This document shows, piece after piece, positions 53,296-64,000 of a stretch of 64,000 nucleotides of DNA. Position numbers and translations under genes: made by a program. The first letter of the stretch is position 1. Every line of letters begins with the position of its first letter. This DNA comes from Candidatus Babelota bacterium (lineage in GTDB: Bacteria; Babelota; Babeliae; Babelales; Vermiphilaceae), in NCBI GenBank assembly GCA_049325595.1, contig JBMOLF010000010.1:128001-192000 (forward strand), read 5' to 3'. The notes beneath the pieces were generated by a model, which saw nothing but the letters and a program-made list of their open reading frames with translations, was not told where the DNA came from and did not search any database.

Positions 53296-53316
53296 GGTTT
53301 TCGATAGGTTTTTACT

Positions 53317-53742
53317 ATGGCAAAAACGGTAAAAGCGCAAGTTAAGCTCCAAATACCAGGTGGAGCAGCAACTCCAGCGCCACCAGTTGGTTCTACGCTT
53401 GGTCAGTTGCAAGTTAATATTATGGAGTTTTGCAAGCAGTTTAATGCGCTTACTGCAAACAGAAGAGGCGAAACAGTCCCGGTAATTATAACAGTATATA
53501 CCGATAAGACATTTTCCTTAATTACTAAAACTCCTCCTACAACAGAATTGATTAAGAAAAAAATCAATCTGCAAAAAGGATCTTCCAAGCCAAATACCGA
53601 TAAAGTTGGTAAAATTAGCTGGAGAGATATTGAGGAGATTGCAAAAGTAAAACTTCCTGACTTAAATGCAAGCGATTTAGAGCAAGCTAAAAAGATTGTT
53701 GCGGGAAGTGCGCGAAGTATGGGCGTTGAAGTAATCGAATAA
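53317..53742 (+). CDS. rplK: 50S ribosomal protein L11
   Basis: [21 protein letters not shown]. Confidence 0.98.
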   Translation: MAKTVKAQVKLQIPGGAATPAPPVGSTLGQLQVNIMEFCKQFNALTANRRGETVPVIITVYTDKTFSLITKTPPTTELIKKKINLQKGSSKPNTDKVGKISWRDIEEIAKVKLPDLNASDLEQAKKIVAGSARSMGVEVIE

Positions 53743-53761
53743 TACCTAGAGGCACAAAGCA

Positions 53762-54460
53762 ATGTCTAAACACGGAAAAAAGCACGAAGAATCGCAAAAA
53801 AAAGTCATAAAAGGTCAAATTTATCCGCTATCAAATGCGCTTACTTTAGTAAAAGAATTGGCTCATGCAAAATTTGATGAGTCAGTAGATGCTCAAATTA
53901 ATCTCGGAATAGATGCTTCTAAGGGAGACCAAGCTGTTAGAGGTTCGGTAGTATTACCTCACGCTAAAGGTGGTCCTGCGCGAGTTCTTGTTTTTGCTAA
54001 AGGTGATTATGCTGATCAAGCAAAAAAAGCTGGCGCTGATTTCATTGGGTCAGACGATTTGATAGAGAAAATTACTGGCGGATGGATGGATTTTGATTAT
54101 GCAGTTGCAACCCCCGATTTAATGGGAATGGTTGGTAAAGTTGCAAAAATACTTGGGCCACGTGGTCTATTGCCAAATAAGAAGCTTGGAACGGTGACCT
54201 TTGATGTGGCGGCAGTTGTTGCTGATCTTAAAAAGGGTCGTGTGTTCTTTAAAAATGATAAAAATGGTATAGTACATTTTTCTTTTGGTAGAGTTTCTTT
54301 CAGCCCAGAAAAGCTTCAAGAAAATCTAGTCACCTTTGTTAAGGCTTTGGCTGCAGTAAAGCCGCCATCATCAAAAGGTAAATTTTTGAAAAAAGTTACC
54401 ATTTCTTCCACTATGGGTGTCGGTATTCAAGTGGGTGCTGATGAAATCTTAGGCTCTTAA
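53762..54460 (+). CDS. rplA: 50S ribosomal protein L1
   Basis: KFDESV, LGPRGLLP, SSTMG. Confidence 0.98.
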   Translation: MSKHGKKHEESQKKVIKGQIYPLSNALTLVKELAHAKFDESVDAQINLGIDASKGDQAVRGSVVLPHAKGGPARVLVFAKGDYADQAKKAGADFIGSDDLIEKITGGWMDFDYAVATPDLMGMVGKVAKILGPRGLLPNKKLGTVTFDVAAVVADLKKGRVFFKNDKNGIVHFSFGRVSFSPEKLQENLVTFVKALAAVKPPSSKGKFLKKVTISSTMGVGIQVGADEILGS

Positions 54461-54478
54461 TTATTACAGAGGTCTACA

Positions 54479-55000
54479 ATGAATCGTCAAGAAAAATCCC
54501 TTGTTATTGATACGTTAAAAAATGACTTTGAAAAGAGTCAGGCTTCATTTTTAGTGAACTACAAAGGTCTAACTGTTGCACAATTGCAAGCTTTGCGTAA
54601 AGCATTGAGCAGTACCGGAAGTTCTTTTAAAGTTGCTAAAGCTCGTTTAGTTAAAATAGCTGCTCAAGATATTGAAAATGCAGAACCGTTAACTCCATTC
54701 TTAAAAGAACAAGTCGGAGTTGTTTTTGCGTATAAAGATGTTTCTGCTGCTGCTAAAGCATTGCATGATTTTGCAAAACAAAATGAACAATGCAAGTTAG
54801 TTGCTGGATGCTTTGAAGCTAAGCCGCTTAATGAAGAGGCAATTAATAGAATTGCGCTTCTTCCTTCAAGAGAGGTATTGTTGGCGCAAGTATGTGGCAC
54901 GCTTAAAGCTCCTATTACAGGACTTGTTGTTGCACTCAACCAAAATATTCTTCGTCTGTTATGGGCTTTGAAGCAAGTTGGCGAGAAAAAACAAGCATAA
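54479..55000 (+). CDS. rplJ: 50S ribosomal protein L10
   Basis: YKGLTV, LPSREVLLAQ; gene order. Confidence 0.96.
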   Translation: MNRQEKSLVIDTLKNDFEKSQASFLVNYKGLTVAQLQALRKALSSTGSSFKVAKARLVKIAAQDIENAEPLTPFLKEQVGVVFAYKDVSAAAKALHDFAKQNEQCKLVAGCFEAKPLNEEAINRIALLPSREVLLAQVCGTLKAPITGLVVALNQNILRLLWALKQVGEKKQA

Positions 55001-55062
55001 TTTTTAATGTATTAATAATTATATAAATTTTTAACGTTTATTTTTTATTCACGGAGAATGCT

Positions 55063-55449
55063 ATGGCATCCAAACATGAACAATTAGTACAAGAAATTGG
55101 CAATATGTCAGTTTTAGAATTAGCAGATTTAGTAAAAGCTATCGAAGAAGCTTTTGGTGTTTCAGCTGCAATGCCAGTAGCGGCAGCAGCTCCAGCAGCA
55201 GCCGGTGCAGCAGCTCCAGCAGCTCAAGAAGAGAAATCTGAGTACAAAGTAACTTTACAAGATGCTGGCTCAGAGAAGATCAAAGTTATCAAAGCAGTTA
55301 AAAGCGTGATTTCAGGTCTTTCTCTTTCAGAAGCTAAAGAAAAAGTTGAAGGTGCTCCATCAGTATTGGCTGAATCAGCTTCAAAACAAGATGCAGAAAA
55401 AATTAAAAAAGAATTGGAAGCTGTTGGTGCGAAAGTTGTACTTTCTTAA
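55063..55449 (+). CDS. rplL: 50S ribosomal protein L7/L12
   Basis: SVLELADL, Ala-rich hinge, KIKVIK, GAKV. Confidence 0.98.
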   Translation: MASKHEQLVQEIGNMSVLELADLVKAIEEAFGVSAAMPVAAAAPAAAGAAAPAAQEEKSEYKVTLQDAGSEKIKVIKAVKSVISGLSLSEAKEKVEGAPSVLAESASKQDAEKIKKELEAVGAKVVLS

Positions 55450-55488
55450 TCCTAATATTTCATATTCTTTTTGAATCATTGGCTGCAG

Positions 55489-55518
55489 CCTTTGTGCTTT
55501 AATAGGCACAAGGGTTTT
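55489..55518 (+). terminator. rplL-rpoB attenuator or terminator-like hairpin
   Basis: CCTTTGTGCTT/AGGCACAAGGG stem followed by TTTT. Confidence 0.6.
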
Positions 55519-55558
55519 GATTTAATTAATGACTTTTGCATAAATGAGGAGCGACTTA

Positions 55559-58500
55559 ATGTCTAAGTTGCATGTGGACAAAAATAGTATCCGTAAATCT
55601 TTTGGTAAGATCAAGGATATTGTCCCTGTCCCTAATTTAATAGAAATACAATCTACTTCTTTTAACGATTTTGTACAATTAGATTTTCTGCCTGAAGAAA
55701 GAAAGTTGATTGGACTTGAAAAGGTACTTCGGGATATTTTCCCCATAGATTATAACGATAAAATGTCGTTAGAATATGTGAGTTATGAATTAGGTCAGTG
55801 GGCTTGTGCATGTGGCAAGTTGACAGGTATCGAAAATAGATATCATTGGAGTTGTTCCTCTTGCAAAAAGTCAGATTGTTCAAGACTTGAAAAAGATTCC
55901 GTTTGTAATTTTTGTAAAAAAAATAAAGCAAAATACAAAACGTGTTCTAATTGCTTGTCTCGAGTTATTGTGCGTTTGCCAATGACGCTTGATGAATGTC
56001 GCTCTAGTGGGCAAACATTCTCAATGCCTCTAAAAATTAAGATTCAACTTATTAGTTGGTCTGCCGATGCTGAAGGCAAAAAAGTTGTTCATGATATTAA
56101 AGAACAAGATATTTTCTTTGCAGATGTTCCAGTAATGGCAGATTTATATGAAGAAGCTGGTAGATTCAGACTTGGAAACTTAGGAACATTCCTTATCAAT
56201 GGTGTTGATCGTGTTATTGTGAGCCAATTGCACCGTTCTGCTGGTGTAGTTTTTTCACAAAGTAAAAAGGTAAAAGACTTTAGAGGTCGACCTTATTATG
56301 TAGCGCGTATAATTCCTATGCGTGGTTCATGGATTGATTTTGAATTTGATAGCAATGATTATTGCTATGTCCGTATTGATAAAAAGAAAAAATTACTTGT
56401 AACTACCTTTTTACAAGCGCTTGGTATTTCACGCGATCAAATTCTTTCATTATTTTACAATTTTGAAAAAATTTATTCTGAAAAAGGAACTTTCTACCGC
56501 TTAGTTGATAATACCTTGATTGGTCAACGTATTGAAAAAGGTATGCTGCCTGAATCAGAAGAAAAACCTTATTTAGGGCTGCGTGTTACTAAAGATGTAG
56601 TAGCGCGATTACTCAAAGCAAAAATCGATAGACTTATTTTAAGACAATCAAGTCTTTTCAATCGAGTATTTGCAAAAGATGTTATTGATCCATTAACTGG
56701 AGAAATTCTTGTTGAACAAGGTCAAACGTTTACTGAAGATCATTATAATCTTTTCAAAAAATTCAAATCTTTAGAGTTTGATCTTATCCAATCATCAGGA
56801 TATGTATTCCAGCCAACTATTGCTATGACTCTTGCAGAAGATAAATGCTTTACAGAAGAAGAAGCATTAAAAGAAGTCTATAGCAAAATTTCACCTGGTG
56901 ACATTTTATCTGCAGATGAAATTAAAGAACGTATTGATAGTTTATTCTTTAATTCTCGTTTTTATGATTTAACTAAAGTTGGTCGTATCAGAATGAATAG
57001 AAAGCTTGGCCTTTCAATTTCTGAAGACACTATAGTTTTAACTAAAGAAGATATTGTTGCCACCGTTCGCTATTTAGTTGATTTGCGTGAACGTGGAGAA
57101 GGTGAGTTGGATGATATTGATCACTTGGGTAACAGAAGGGTTCGTTTGGTTGGTGAATTACTTACTAATCAAGTGTATCTTGGCTTCTTACGTATTGAAC
57201 GAATAATACGTGAACGTTTCCGTATGCAAGAGCCTCATGGCGCTTTAATGCCTCAAGATTTTCTTAACGTAAAACCATTAAGTGTTGTTTTAAGAGAGTT
57301 CTTTGGGCTTGGACAACTTTCTCAATTTATGGATCAAACCAATCCGCTTTCTGAAGTAGCACACAAACGTCGTTTTTCAGCTCTCGGGCCTGGTGGTGTT
57401 TTAAAAGATCGTGCTACCTATGAAATTCGTGACGTTCACATATCGCACTACGGAAGAATTTGTCCTATTGAAACTCCCGAAGGTCAAACTATTGGTTTGA
57501 TTTCTTCATTGGCTACCTATGCAATGGTGAATGATCTTGGTTTCATTGAAACAGCATATAGACCAGTTGTTGATGGAAAAATTAAAGATGAAGTTGTTTT
57601 CTTGGATGCTTTTGAAGAGGCAGACAAGGTAATTGCGCAAACTGATGAAGTAGCATCTGATGGCGTTAGCTTGCAAGAAGGAAAGATTTTTGCAAGACAT
57701 CAAGGCGATTTCATGTATGTTGATGCAGAAAAAGTTAATTATATTGACCTTTCTCCTCAACAATTAGTTTCTGTAGCTTCAGCATTAATTCCTTTCTTAG
57801 AGCATGACGATGCGAGCCGTGCATTGATGGGTGCAAACATGCAACGTCAAGCGGTTCCATTGATCCGAACTCAACCACCATTGGTTGGAACTGGTATGGA
57901 ACAAGCAATTGTTCAAGCATCAGGTTCTGTGATTACCGCAAAACGAGCAGGTGTTGTTGAGTATGTATCATCACGCAAAATTATTGTTCGTGCTCATCAA
58001 GCTGAATTCAATAATGTTGATGATTGGATTTCTCAAGCTATAGATACCTATTATTTAAGAAAATTTGAAAGATCAAGCTACAGTACTTGGATACATCATT
58101 CGCCATTAGTTAAAGTTGGTGATGTTGTTAAAGCTGGTGATATTCTAACAAATGGTCCGGCTATTAAAGATGGAGAATTAGCGCTAGGTGCTAATTTAAC
58201 CGTAGCCTATATGCCATGGCATGGATATAACTTTGAAGATGCTATTATTTTAAGTAAGCGTTTGGTAGCAGATGATGTGCTTACTTCTGTTCATATAGAT
58301 GAATATGTGGTTGATGCACGTGATACCAAGCTCGGGCCTGAAGAAATTACCCGTGATATTCCTAACGTAAGCGAATCAGCATTGGCTGGTCTTGATGAAG
58401 ACGGAATTGTGCTTATTGGTACTCGTGTTAGACCTGGAGATATTCTCGTTGGTAAAGTTACCCTAAAAGGTGATGTTCAATATTCTCCAGAAGAAAAATT

Positions 58501-59884
58501 ATTACGCGCTATTTTTGGCGAGAAATCACGAGAAGTTCGTGATACTTCTTTAAGAGTACCACCTGGTGTTGAAGGAACGGTTGTTGACGTTAAAATTTTC
58601 TCACGAAGTGGTGTTAGAAAAGATAAACGTTATAAAGAAGAAATTGCAAAACAAATTGCTAAATATGAGACTGATTTTAGTGACCATTTAAAATATTTAG
58701 AAAAAATGGTTGCAGAGCAGGTTATGCAAGAGCTTCATGGTAAGAAAGCTGCGACGGGTGTGAGCAAGAGCTTCTTAACCGATGGTAATTTTGATAAAAA
58801 CAAAATTGCAGATTTAAGCTTTGCAGAAATATTATCGCTTAAAGCTCATGATAAAGAAATAATACAATCGATAAGCCAACTTAAAGATTCTTATGAAAAT
58901 CAAATAAGAATTTTAGATGGGCTTAAAGAAGAACGTATAAATAAACTCAAAAAAGGTGATCAGCTGCCATCTGGTGTAATTAAAATGGTTAAAGTTTATA
59001 TCGCAATGAAACGAACTGTTTCTGTTGGTGATAAACTTGCTGGTCGTCACGGTAATAAGGGTGTTGTTTCAACGATTGTTCCTCGCGAAGATATGCCATA
59101 TCTTTCAGATGGTACACCGGTTGATATAATTCTTAATCCATTAGGTGTTCCTTCTCGTATGAACGTGGGACAAATTCTTGAGACATTGCTTGGATTTGCC
59201 GGAAAAGAAATTGGTAATAAGTTGCAAGAAATGTTGGCTACACAAGGTGAGCAAGAAATAAGAAAATACCTTGAAACTTATTATGGTAAAGAATTAGTTA
59301 ATACCTATGTTGATTTATACGGCAAAGAAGAATTAAAAAGACTAGCTCATAAAACAGCTGAAATGGGATTAGCATTTAGAACACCAGTATTTAATGGTGC
59401 TAAATATGATACCGATATAGCGCCACTAGTTGAAAGCTTGGGTATTCCAAAAACTGGTGAATTTATGTTACGCGATGGTCGTAGCGGTGAATATTTTGAA
59501 CAACCAGTTACTGTTGGCTGCATTTATATCCTTAAGTTAAATCACTTGGTAGATGATAAGTTGCACGCACGTTCTGTTGGACCATACTCGCTTGTAACAC
59601 AACAGCCATTAGGCGGTAAAGCACAGCTAGGTGGACAACGACTTGGTGAAATGGAAGTTTGGGCACTTGAAGCATACGGCGCTGCTTATACGTTACAAGA
59701 AATGTTAACCTATAAATCTGACGATGTAAGCGGAAGACACAAGGTATACGAAGCGATTGTTCGCGGTGAAGATGTTCCTGCTCCTGGTGTACCAGAATCA
59801 TTCAATGTATTGATTAAAGAACTTCAAAGTTTAGGCTTGCAAGTGGATTTATTTAAAAGTGGCAAGGAGAAGATAAGTGAATAA
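55559..59884 (+). CDS. rpoB: RNA polymerase beta subunit
   Basis: INGVDRVIVSQ, GANMQRQAVP, GDKLAGRHGNKG, GGQRLGEME; GAGGAG SD before ATG 55559. Confidence 0.99.
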   Translation: MSKLHVDKNSIRKSFGKIKDIVPVPNLIEIQSTSFNDFVQLDFLPEERKLIGLEKVLRDIFPIDYNDKMSLEYVSYELGQWACACGKLTGIENRYHWSCSSCKKSDCSRLEKDSVCNFCKKNKAKYKTCSNCLSRVIVRLPMTLDECRSSGQTFSMPLKIKIQLISWSADAEGKKVVHDIKEQDIFFADVPVMADLYEEAGRFRLGNLGTFLINGVDRVIVSQLHRSAGVVFSQSKKVKDFRGRPYYVARIIPMRGSWIDFEFDSNDYCYVRIDKKKKLLVTTFLQALGISRDQILSLFYNFEKIYSEKGTFYRLVDNTLIGQRIEKGMLPESEEKPYLGLRVTKDVVARLLKAKIDRLILRQSSLFNRVFAKDVIDPLTGEILVEQGQTFTEDHYNLFKKFKSLEFDLIQSSGYVFQPTIAMTLAEDKCFTEEEALKEVYSKISPGDILSADEIKERIDSLFFNSRFYDLTKVGRIRMNRKLGLSISEDTIVLTKEDIVATVRYLVDLRERGEGELDDIDHLGNRRVRLVGELLTNQVYLGFLRIERIIRERFRMQEPHGALMPQDFLNVKPLSVVLREFFGLGQLSQFMDQTNPLSEVAHKRRFSALGPGGVLKDRATYEIRDVHISHYGRICPIETPEGQTIGLISSLATYAMVNDLGFIETAYRPVVDGKIKDEVVFLDAFEEADKVIAQTDEVASDGVSLQEGKIFARHQGDFMYVDAEKVNYIDLSPQQLVSVASALIPFLEHDDASRALMGANMQRQAVPLIRTQPPLVGTGMEQAIVQASGSVITAKRAGVVEYVSSRKIIVRAHQAEFNNVDDWISQAIDTYYLRKFERSSYSTWIHHSPLVKVGDVVKAGDILTNGPAIKDGELALGANLTVAYMPWHGYNFEDAIILSKRLVADDVLTSVHIDEYVVDARDTKLGPEEITRDIPNVSESALAGLDEDGIVLIGTRVRPGDILVGKVTLKGDVQYSPEEKLLRAIFGEKSREVRDTSLRVPPGVEGTVVDVKIFSRSGVRKDKRYKEEIAKQIAKYETDFSDHLKYLEKMVAEQVMQELHGKKAATGVSKSFLTDGNFDKNKIADLSFAEILSLKAHDKEIIQSISQLKDSYENQIRILDGLKEERINKLKKGDQLPSGVIKMVKVYIAMKRTVSVGDKLAGRHGNKGVVSTIVPREDMPYLSDGTPVDIILNPLGVPSRMNVGQILETLLGFAGKEIGNKLQEMLATQGEQEIRKYLETYYGKELVNTYVDLYGKEELKRLAHKTAEMGLAFRTPVFNGAKYDTDIAPLVESLGIPKTGEFMLRDGRSGEYFEQPVTVGCIYILKLNHLVDDKLHARSVGPYSLVTQQPLGGKAQLGGQRLGEMEVWALEAYGAAYTLQEMLTYKSDDVSGRHKVYEAIVRGEDVPAPGVPESFNVLIKELQSLGLQVDLFKSGKEKISE

Positions 59885-62800
59885 CCGGATCCTAGAGCGT
59901 TTTAGAGAGTATGTAAGTATTACTCAGTTTAATGCTATGAAGATTGGTCTTGCTTCTCCGGAGAAGATACGCTCTCTTTCTTATGGTGAAGTGAAAAAAA
60001 TAGAGACCATAAACTATAGAACATTAAAACCCGAACGTGATGGTTTGTTCTGTGCGCGCATTTTTGGTCCCCAAAAAGACTGGGAATGTAACTGCGGAAA
60101 ATACAAACGTATGAAACACCGTGGTGTAACGTGCGAGAAGTGTGGCGTTGAAGTGATTCAATCACGCGTTCGCCGTGAACGTATGGGTCATATTGAGCTT
60201 GTTTCACCGGTATGCCACATTTGGTATCTTAAGGGTATTCCTAGTTACTTAGGGCTTATCTTAGATATGCCAATTAAAGATTTGGAACGCGTAATTTATT
60301 TTGATGCGTACTTGGTTATTCATCAAGGGATGTCTCCGTATCCACGAAAAACGGTATTAACTAACGCGGAATATGAAACTTATATTGAAGCGCATCCAGA
60401 TGACTTTGAATTTGTAGTCGAAATCGGTGCAGAAGCAATTAAATCTATTTTGTCATTAATAGATCTTAAGACTGAAGTTGCAATTCTTGAACAAGAGTAT
60501 AGTAAGACAACGTCTGTTGCTATTCGTCATAAAATAATGCGACGAATTAAAATATTCTCAAGTCTATTGCAAAGTAATTTAAGACCTGAATGGATGGTAA
60601 TGTCTGTATTACCAGTATTACCGCCCGATTTAAGACCATTGGTTCCTTTAGAAGGTGGCCGTTTTGCAAGTTCAGATTTAAATGAATTATATCGACGCGT
60701 ATTAAACAGAAATATTCGTTTACAGCGCCTTATTGAAATTGAAGCGCCATCAGTAATTGTAAAAAACGAAAAAAGAATGTTGCAAGAAGCAGTTGATGCA
60801 CTTATTGATAATGGTCGTAGAGGTCAGCCAGTTCGTGGCTCTAACCGTCGCCCACTCAAGTCTCTAAGTGAAATGCTTCGAGGAAAACAAGGTCGTTTTA
60901 GACAGAACTTGTTAGGACGCCGTGTTGATTATTCAGGTCGTTCAGTGATCGTTGTTGATCCAGAATTAAAAATGGATAAATGCGGATTGCCAAAAGCAAT
61001 GGCGTTAGAATTATTCAAGCCGTATGTTTTTGCGGGCTTAATACAACGTGAAATTGCGCCTAATCTTAGAGTTGCAAAGCGAATGGTGGAAGAACTTGTT
61101 CCTGAAGTATGGGATGTTCTTGAAGAAGTTGTTAAAGATAGACCGGTATTACTCAACCGTGCACCAACATTGCACCGGCTAGGTATTCAAGCATTTTATC
61201 CTATTTTAGTTGATGGAAAAGCAATTAAGATTCACCCACTCGTTTGCGCAGCATTTAACGCGGACTTCGATGGTGACCAAATGGCTGTTCATCTTCCATT
61301 AAGTAAAAAAGCTCAAGATGAAAGTAAAATTCTTATATTGTCGACGAACAATATTTTATCTCCAGCTAATGGTCGTCCAATAAAAGTTCCTTCTCAAGAC
61401 ATGGTTCTTGGTTTGCACTATATAACTAAAGTGCGTTGTGGTGCAAAAGGAGAAGGTATTGTTTTCTCTGGTATTTCTGAGGTAATAACCGCTTATCAAT
61501 GCCATGAAGTAGCATTACATGCAAAGATTGTATTGCGCTTAAATGAAAAAGAAACAGTACAAACAACGGTTGGTCGTGTTATTTTATTTGATGCATTACC
61601 ATCAGGGTCAGATTTTAGTTGGATCAACAAAATTATGAAAAAATCTGATCTGACAAAACTTGTTGAGCGTATTTACTATCGTTTTGGTAGTGATGCTGCT
61701 GTACAGTGCTTAGATAAAATTAAAAAGTTAGGGTTCTACCATTCAACTATGGCAGGAATATCAATTTCCTTGTCAAATATAATTGTACCTCAAACCAAAA
61801 AAGAGATTCTCAAGAAAGCTGAAAAAGAAGTACAGCGTGTAGAAGATCTTTATATGGATGGGGTAATCACCAATGGAGAACGTTATAATAAAGTTATTAG
61901 CATTTGGGGTCATGCTACTGCTGATATAGCAAATGAGATGACTCAAGAACTTGAAGCTGAAGATCATCAAGCGTATTTAAATGAGGCTGGTTCATTCCGT
62001 CCATTTAATCCATTATTTATGATGCTTGAATCAGGAGCGCGTGGTTCTAAAGATCAAATTAAACAGCTAGCTGGTATGCGTGGTATGATGGCAAAGCCAT
62101 CTGGTGAAATTATGGAAACACCAGTTAAAAATAACTTTAAAGATGGATTAAGTGTTTTTGAATACTTTATTTCCACCCACGGTGCTCGTAAAGGTCAAGC
62201 GGATACCGCATTGAAAACGGCAAACTCAGGTTATTTAACCCGTCGTTTAGTAGATGTTGCGCAAGATGTTATTGTAACAATGAATGACTGTCAGACTTTA
62301 GGGTATATTGAAATTCAAGACCTAAAAGAATCTGGTGATGTTATTTGTCCATTATCTGCACGTGTATTTGGCCGTGTTGTAGCAGTTGATATTAAAGATC
62401 CAGTAACTGGAGAATTGATTCTCAAAGCTGGTGAAGTAATTGAACGAGATTCAATTAGTAAAATATCTGAATCTGCAGTTAATAAAATATTGGTACGTTC
62501 AGTTTTAACCTGTCAAGCAAAACGCGGTGTATGTTCACGTTGTTATGGTTATGATTTATCAAAAGGTTCCTTTGTAGATGTTGGAACAACTGTTGGTATT
62601 ATTGCAGCGCAATCAATTGGTGAACCAGGAACTCAGCTTACCATGAGAACCTTCCACATAGGGGGTACTGCAAGTGGTTTAGCAGAACAGCCATTCTTTG
62701 TTGCAAAACATGATGGTATTGTTCAGTTCTATGGCGTTCGTATGGTTAAAAATCGTCATAATCAATGGATATTAATGACGCGTAAAGCCCGTCTTGTTAT

Positions 62801-63986
62801 CCTTTCTCCAGATGGTCGTGAATTACAGCGCCATGATCTTGAATATGGATCAGTAATGTTGGTTAATGACAAAGATCATATTAAGGCTGGCACTAAATTG
62901 GTTGAATGGGATCCAAACAGTAAAGTATTGGTGACTGAAAAATCAGGTATCGTAAAATTTGTTGATTTAATTGAGAACGTTACCATTCAAGAACGTTTTG
63001 ACGAAGCAACAAAAAAATCTAACTTTATTGTTTTAGAACATAAAGGCGAAAAATACCAACCAGCATTAAGTATTGAATCTGTTGATGGTGAAGAAGAAGC
63101 ACATTACTACCTATCTCCAGGATCATACTTGGGTGTAACTGAAAATCAAAAAGTTGAAGCTGGTGACATATTGGTAAAAATACCACGTGAAGCTTCTAAG
63201 ATTAAAGATATTACCGGTGGTTTACCTCGTATTGCTGAGTTGTTCGAAGCTCGTATGCCAAAAGATCCGGCAATATTAGCTGATATTGATGGTGAAGTAG
63301 TTATTGGTGGCTTACACAGAGGTCAACGAAAACTTTCTATTGTATCAGGATCTCAGACTGTTGATTATTTAATCCCTCGCGGTAAACAACTTAACGTTGC
63401 GCATGGCGATCATGTAAATGCGGGTGATCAAATTACCTCTGGATTACCAATTTTACAAGATATTTTAAGAATTTTGGGTGCTGATATAGTACAAAGATAT
63501 TTAGTTGATCAAATTCAGCAAATTTACCGCTTACAAGGAATTGATATTAACGATAGACATATTGAACTTATTGCTCGACAAATGTTGCGTAAAGTTCGTA
63601 TTGTTGATCCAGGTGATACTGATTTCTTAATTGGTGACCGTGTTGATAAAGTTCACTTTAAGATGGTAAACTCGCTTATAAAAGCTGAAGGTAAGCGAAT
63701 GGCGGTAGCAAAACCAGTGTTGATGGGTATAACTCAAGCCTCACTTGGTACTGAAAGCTTTATTTCTGCGGCATCGTTCCAAGAAACAACGCGTATTTTA
63801 GCTGAAGCGGCTATTGCTGGTCAAGTTGATCATCTTTATGGCTTAAAAGAAAATGTAATTGTTGGTAAACTAATACCAGCAGGGACTGGCATTCCTTCAT
63901 TTGCTGAAAAATATCTAGGTCAAGATATTTCTGAACTAGAGAAGAAAGCCCAGCAAGAAGAAATGGAAGAAAATCAGTCTGAGTAG
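59877..63986 (+). CDS. rpoC: RNA polymerase beta' subunit
   Basis: N-terminal zinc finger, [27 protein letters not shown]. Confidence 0.99.
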   Translation: MNNRILERFREYVSITQFNAMKIGLASPEKIRSLSYGEVKKIETINYRTLKPERDGLFCARIFGPQKDWECNCGKYKRMKHRGVTCEKCGVEVIQSRVRRERMGHIELVSPVCHIWYLKGIPSYLGLILDMPIKDLERVIYFDAYLVIHQGMSPYPRKTVLTNAEYETYIEAHPDDFEFVVEIGAEAIKSILSLIDLKTEVAILEQEYSKTTSVAIRHKIMRRIKIFSSLLQSNLRPEWMVMSVLPVLPPDLRPLVPLEGGRFASSDLNELYRRVLNRNIRLQRLIEIEAPSVIVKNEKRMLQEAVDALIDNGRRGQPVRGSNRRPLKSLSEMLRGKQGRFRQNLLGRRVDYSGRSVIVVDPELKMDKCGLPKAMALELFKPYVFAGLIQREIAPNLRVAKRMVEELVPEVWDVLEEVVKDRPVLLNRAPTLHRLGIQAFYPILVDGKAIKIHPLVCAAFNADFDGDQMAVHLPLSKKAQDESKILILSTNNILSPANGRPIKVPSQDMVLGLHYITKVRCGAKGEGIVFSGISEVITAYQCHEVALHAKIVLRLNEKETVQTTVGRVILFDALPSGSDFSWINKIMKKSDLTKLVERIYYRFGSDAAVQCLDKIKKLGFYHSTMAGISISLSNIIVPQTKKEILKKAEKEVQRVEDLYMDGVITNGERYNKVISIWGHATADIANEMTQELEAEDHQAYLNEAGSFRPFNPLFMMLESGARGSKDQIKQLAGMRGMMAKPSGEIMETPVKNNFKDGLSVFEYFISTHGARKGQADTALKTANSGYLTRRLVDVAQDVIVTMNDCQTLGYIEIQDLKESGDVICPLSARVFGRVVAVDIKDPVTGELILKAGEVIERDSISKISESAVNKILVRSVLTCQAKRGVCSRCYGYDLSKGSFVDVGTTVGIIAAQSIGEPGTQLTMRTFHIGGTASGLAEQPFFVAKHDGIVQFYGVRMVKNRHNQWILMTRKARLVILSPDGRELQRHDLEYGSVMLVNDKDHIKAGTKLVEWDPNSKVLVTEKSGIVKFVDLIENVTIQERFDEATKKSNFIVLEHKGEKYQPALSIESVDGEEEAHYYLSPGSYLGVTENQKVEAGDILVKIPREASKIKDITGGLPRIAELFEARMPKDPAILADIDGEVVIGGLHRGQRKLSIVSGSQTVDYLIPRGKQLNVAHGDHVNAGDQITSGLPILQDILRILGADIVQRYLVDQIQQIYRLQGIDINDRHIELIARQMLRKVRIVDPGDTDFLIGDRVDKVHFKMVNSLIKAEGKRMAVAKPVLMGITQASLGTESFISAASFQETTRILAEAAIAGQVDHLYGLKENVIVGKLIPAGTGIPSFAEKYLGQDISELEKKAQQEEMEENQSE

Positions 63987-64000
63987 ATGAAATTTTGTAT

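Overview
AT-rich bacterial chromosome segment, most likely from Dependentiae (TM6/Babeliae), a group of protist-associated bacteria. This placement is inferred from the mix of signal-peptide-bearing ankyrin/WD40 and Sel1 proteins, dispersed housekeeping operons and a Cys-rich RpoB insert; it was not checked against a database. The core genes are the 3' end of groEL, ftsL-ftsI, bamA, cysS, trxA, prfB (no frameshift), a full rrn operon (16S-Ile-Ala-23S-5S), radA, tdk, murA, a stand-alone atpG, tsaE and the tRNA-rpmG-secE-nusG-rplKAJL-rpoBC cluster, which lacks tuf. Between them lie many orphan secreted proteins. The most notable signals are: (1) three composite palindromic elements fused to the CCA ends of tRNA-Ser(TGA), tRNA-Arg(ACG) and tRNA-Ser(GCT), with cross-matching modules that bracket a 3.9-kb effector-like block; (2) a secreted ankyrin + C3HC4 RING protein with a hairpin over its ribosome-binding site; (3) a secreted orphan ending in a polybasic CaaX motif (KKKCDLQ); (4) a recurring Met or Ser-Glu mature N-terminus in secreted orphans; (5) a degenerate second tRNA-Leu(CAA); (6) a four-Cache-domain protein with no output domain; (7) a poly-T frameshift that disconnects a signal peptide. 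No CRISPR array, integrase or transposase was seen.
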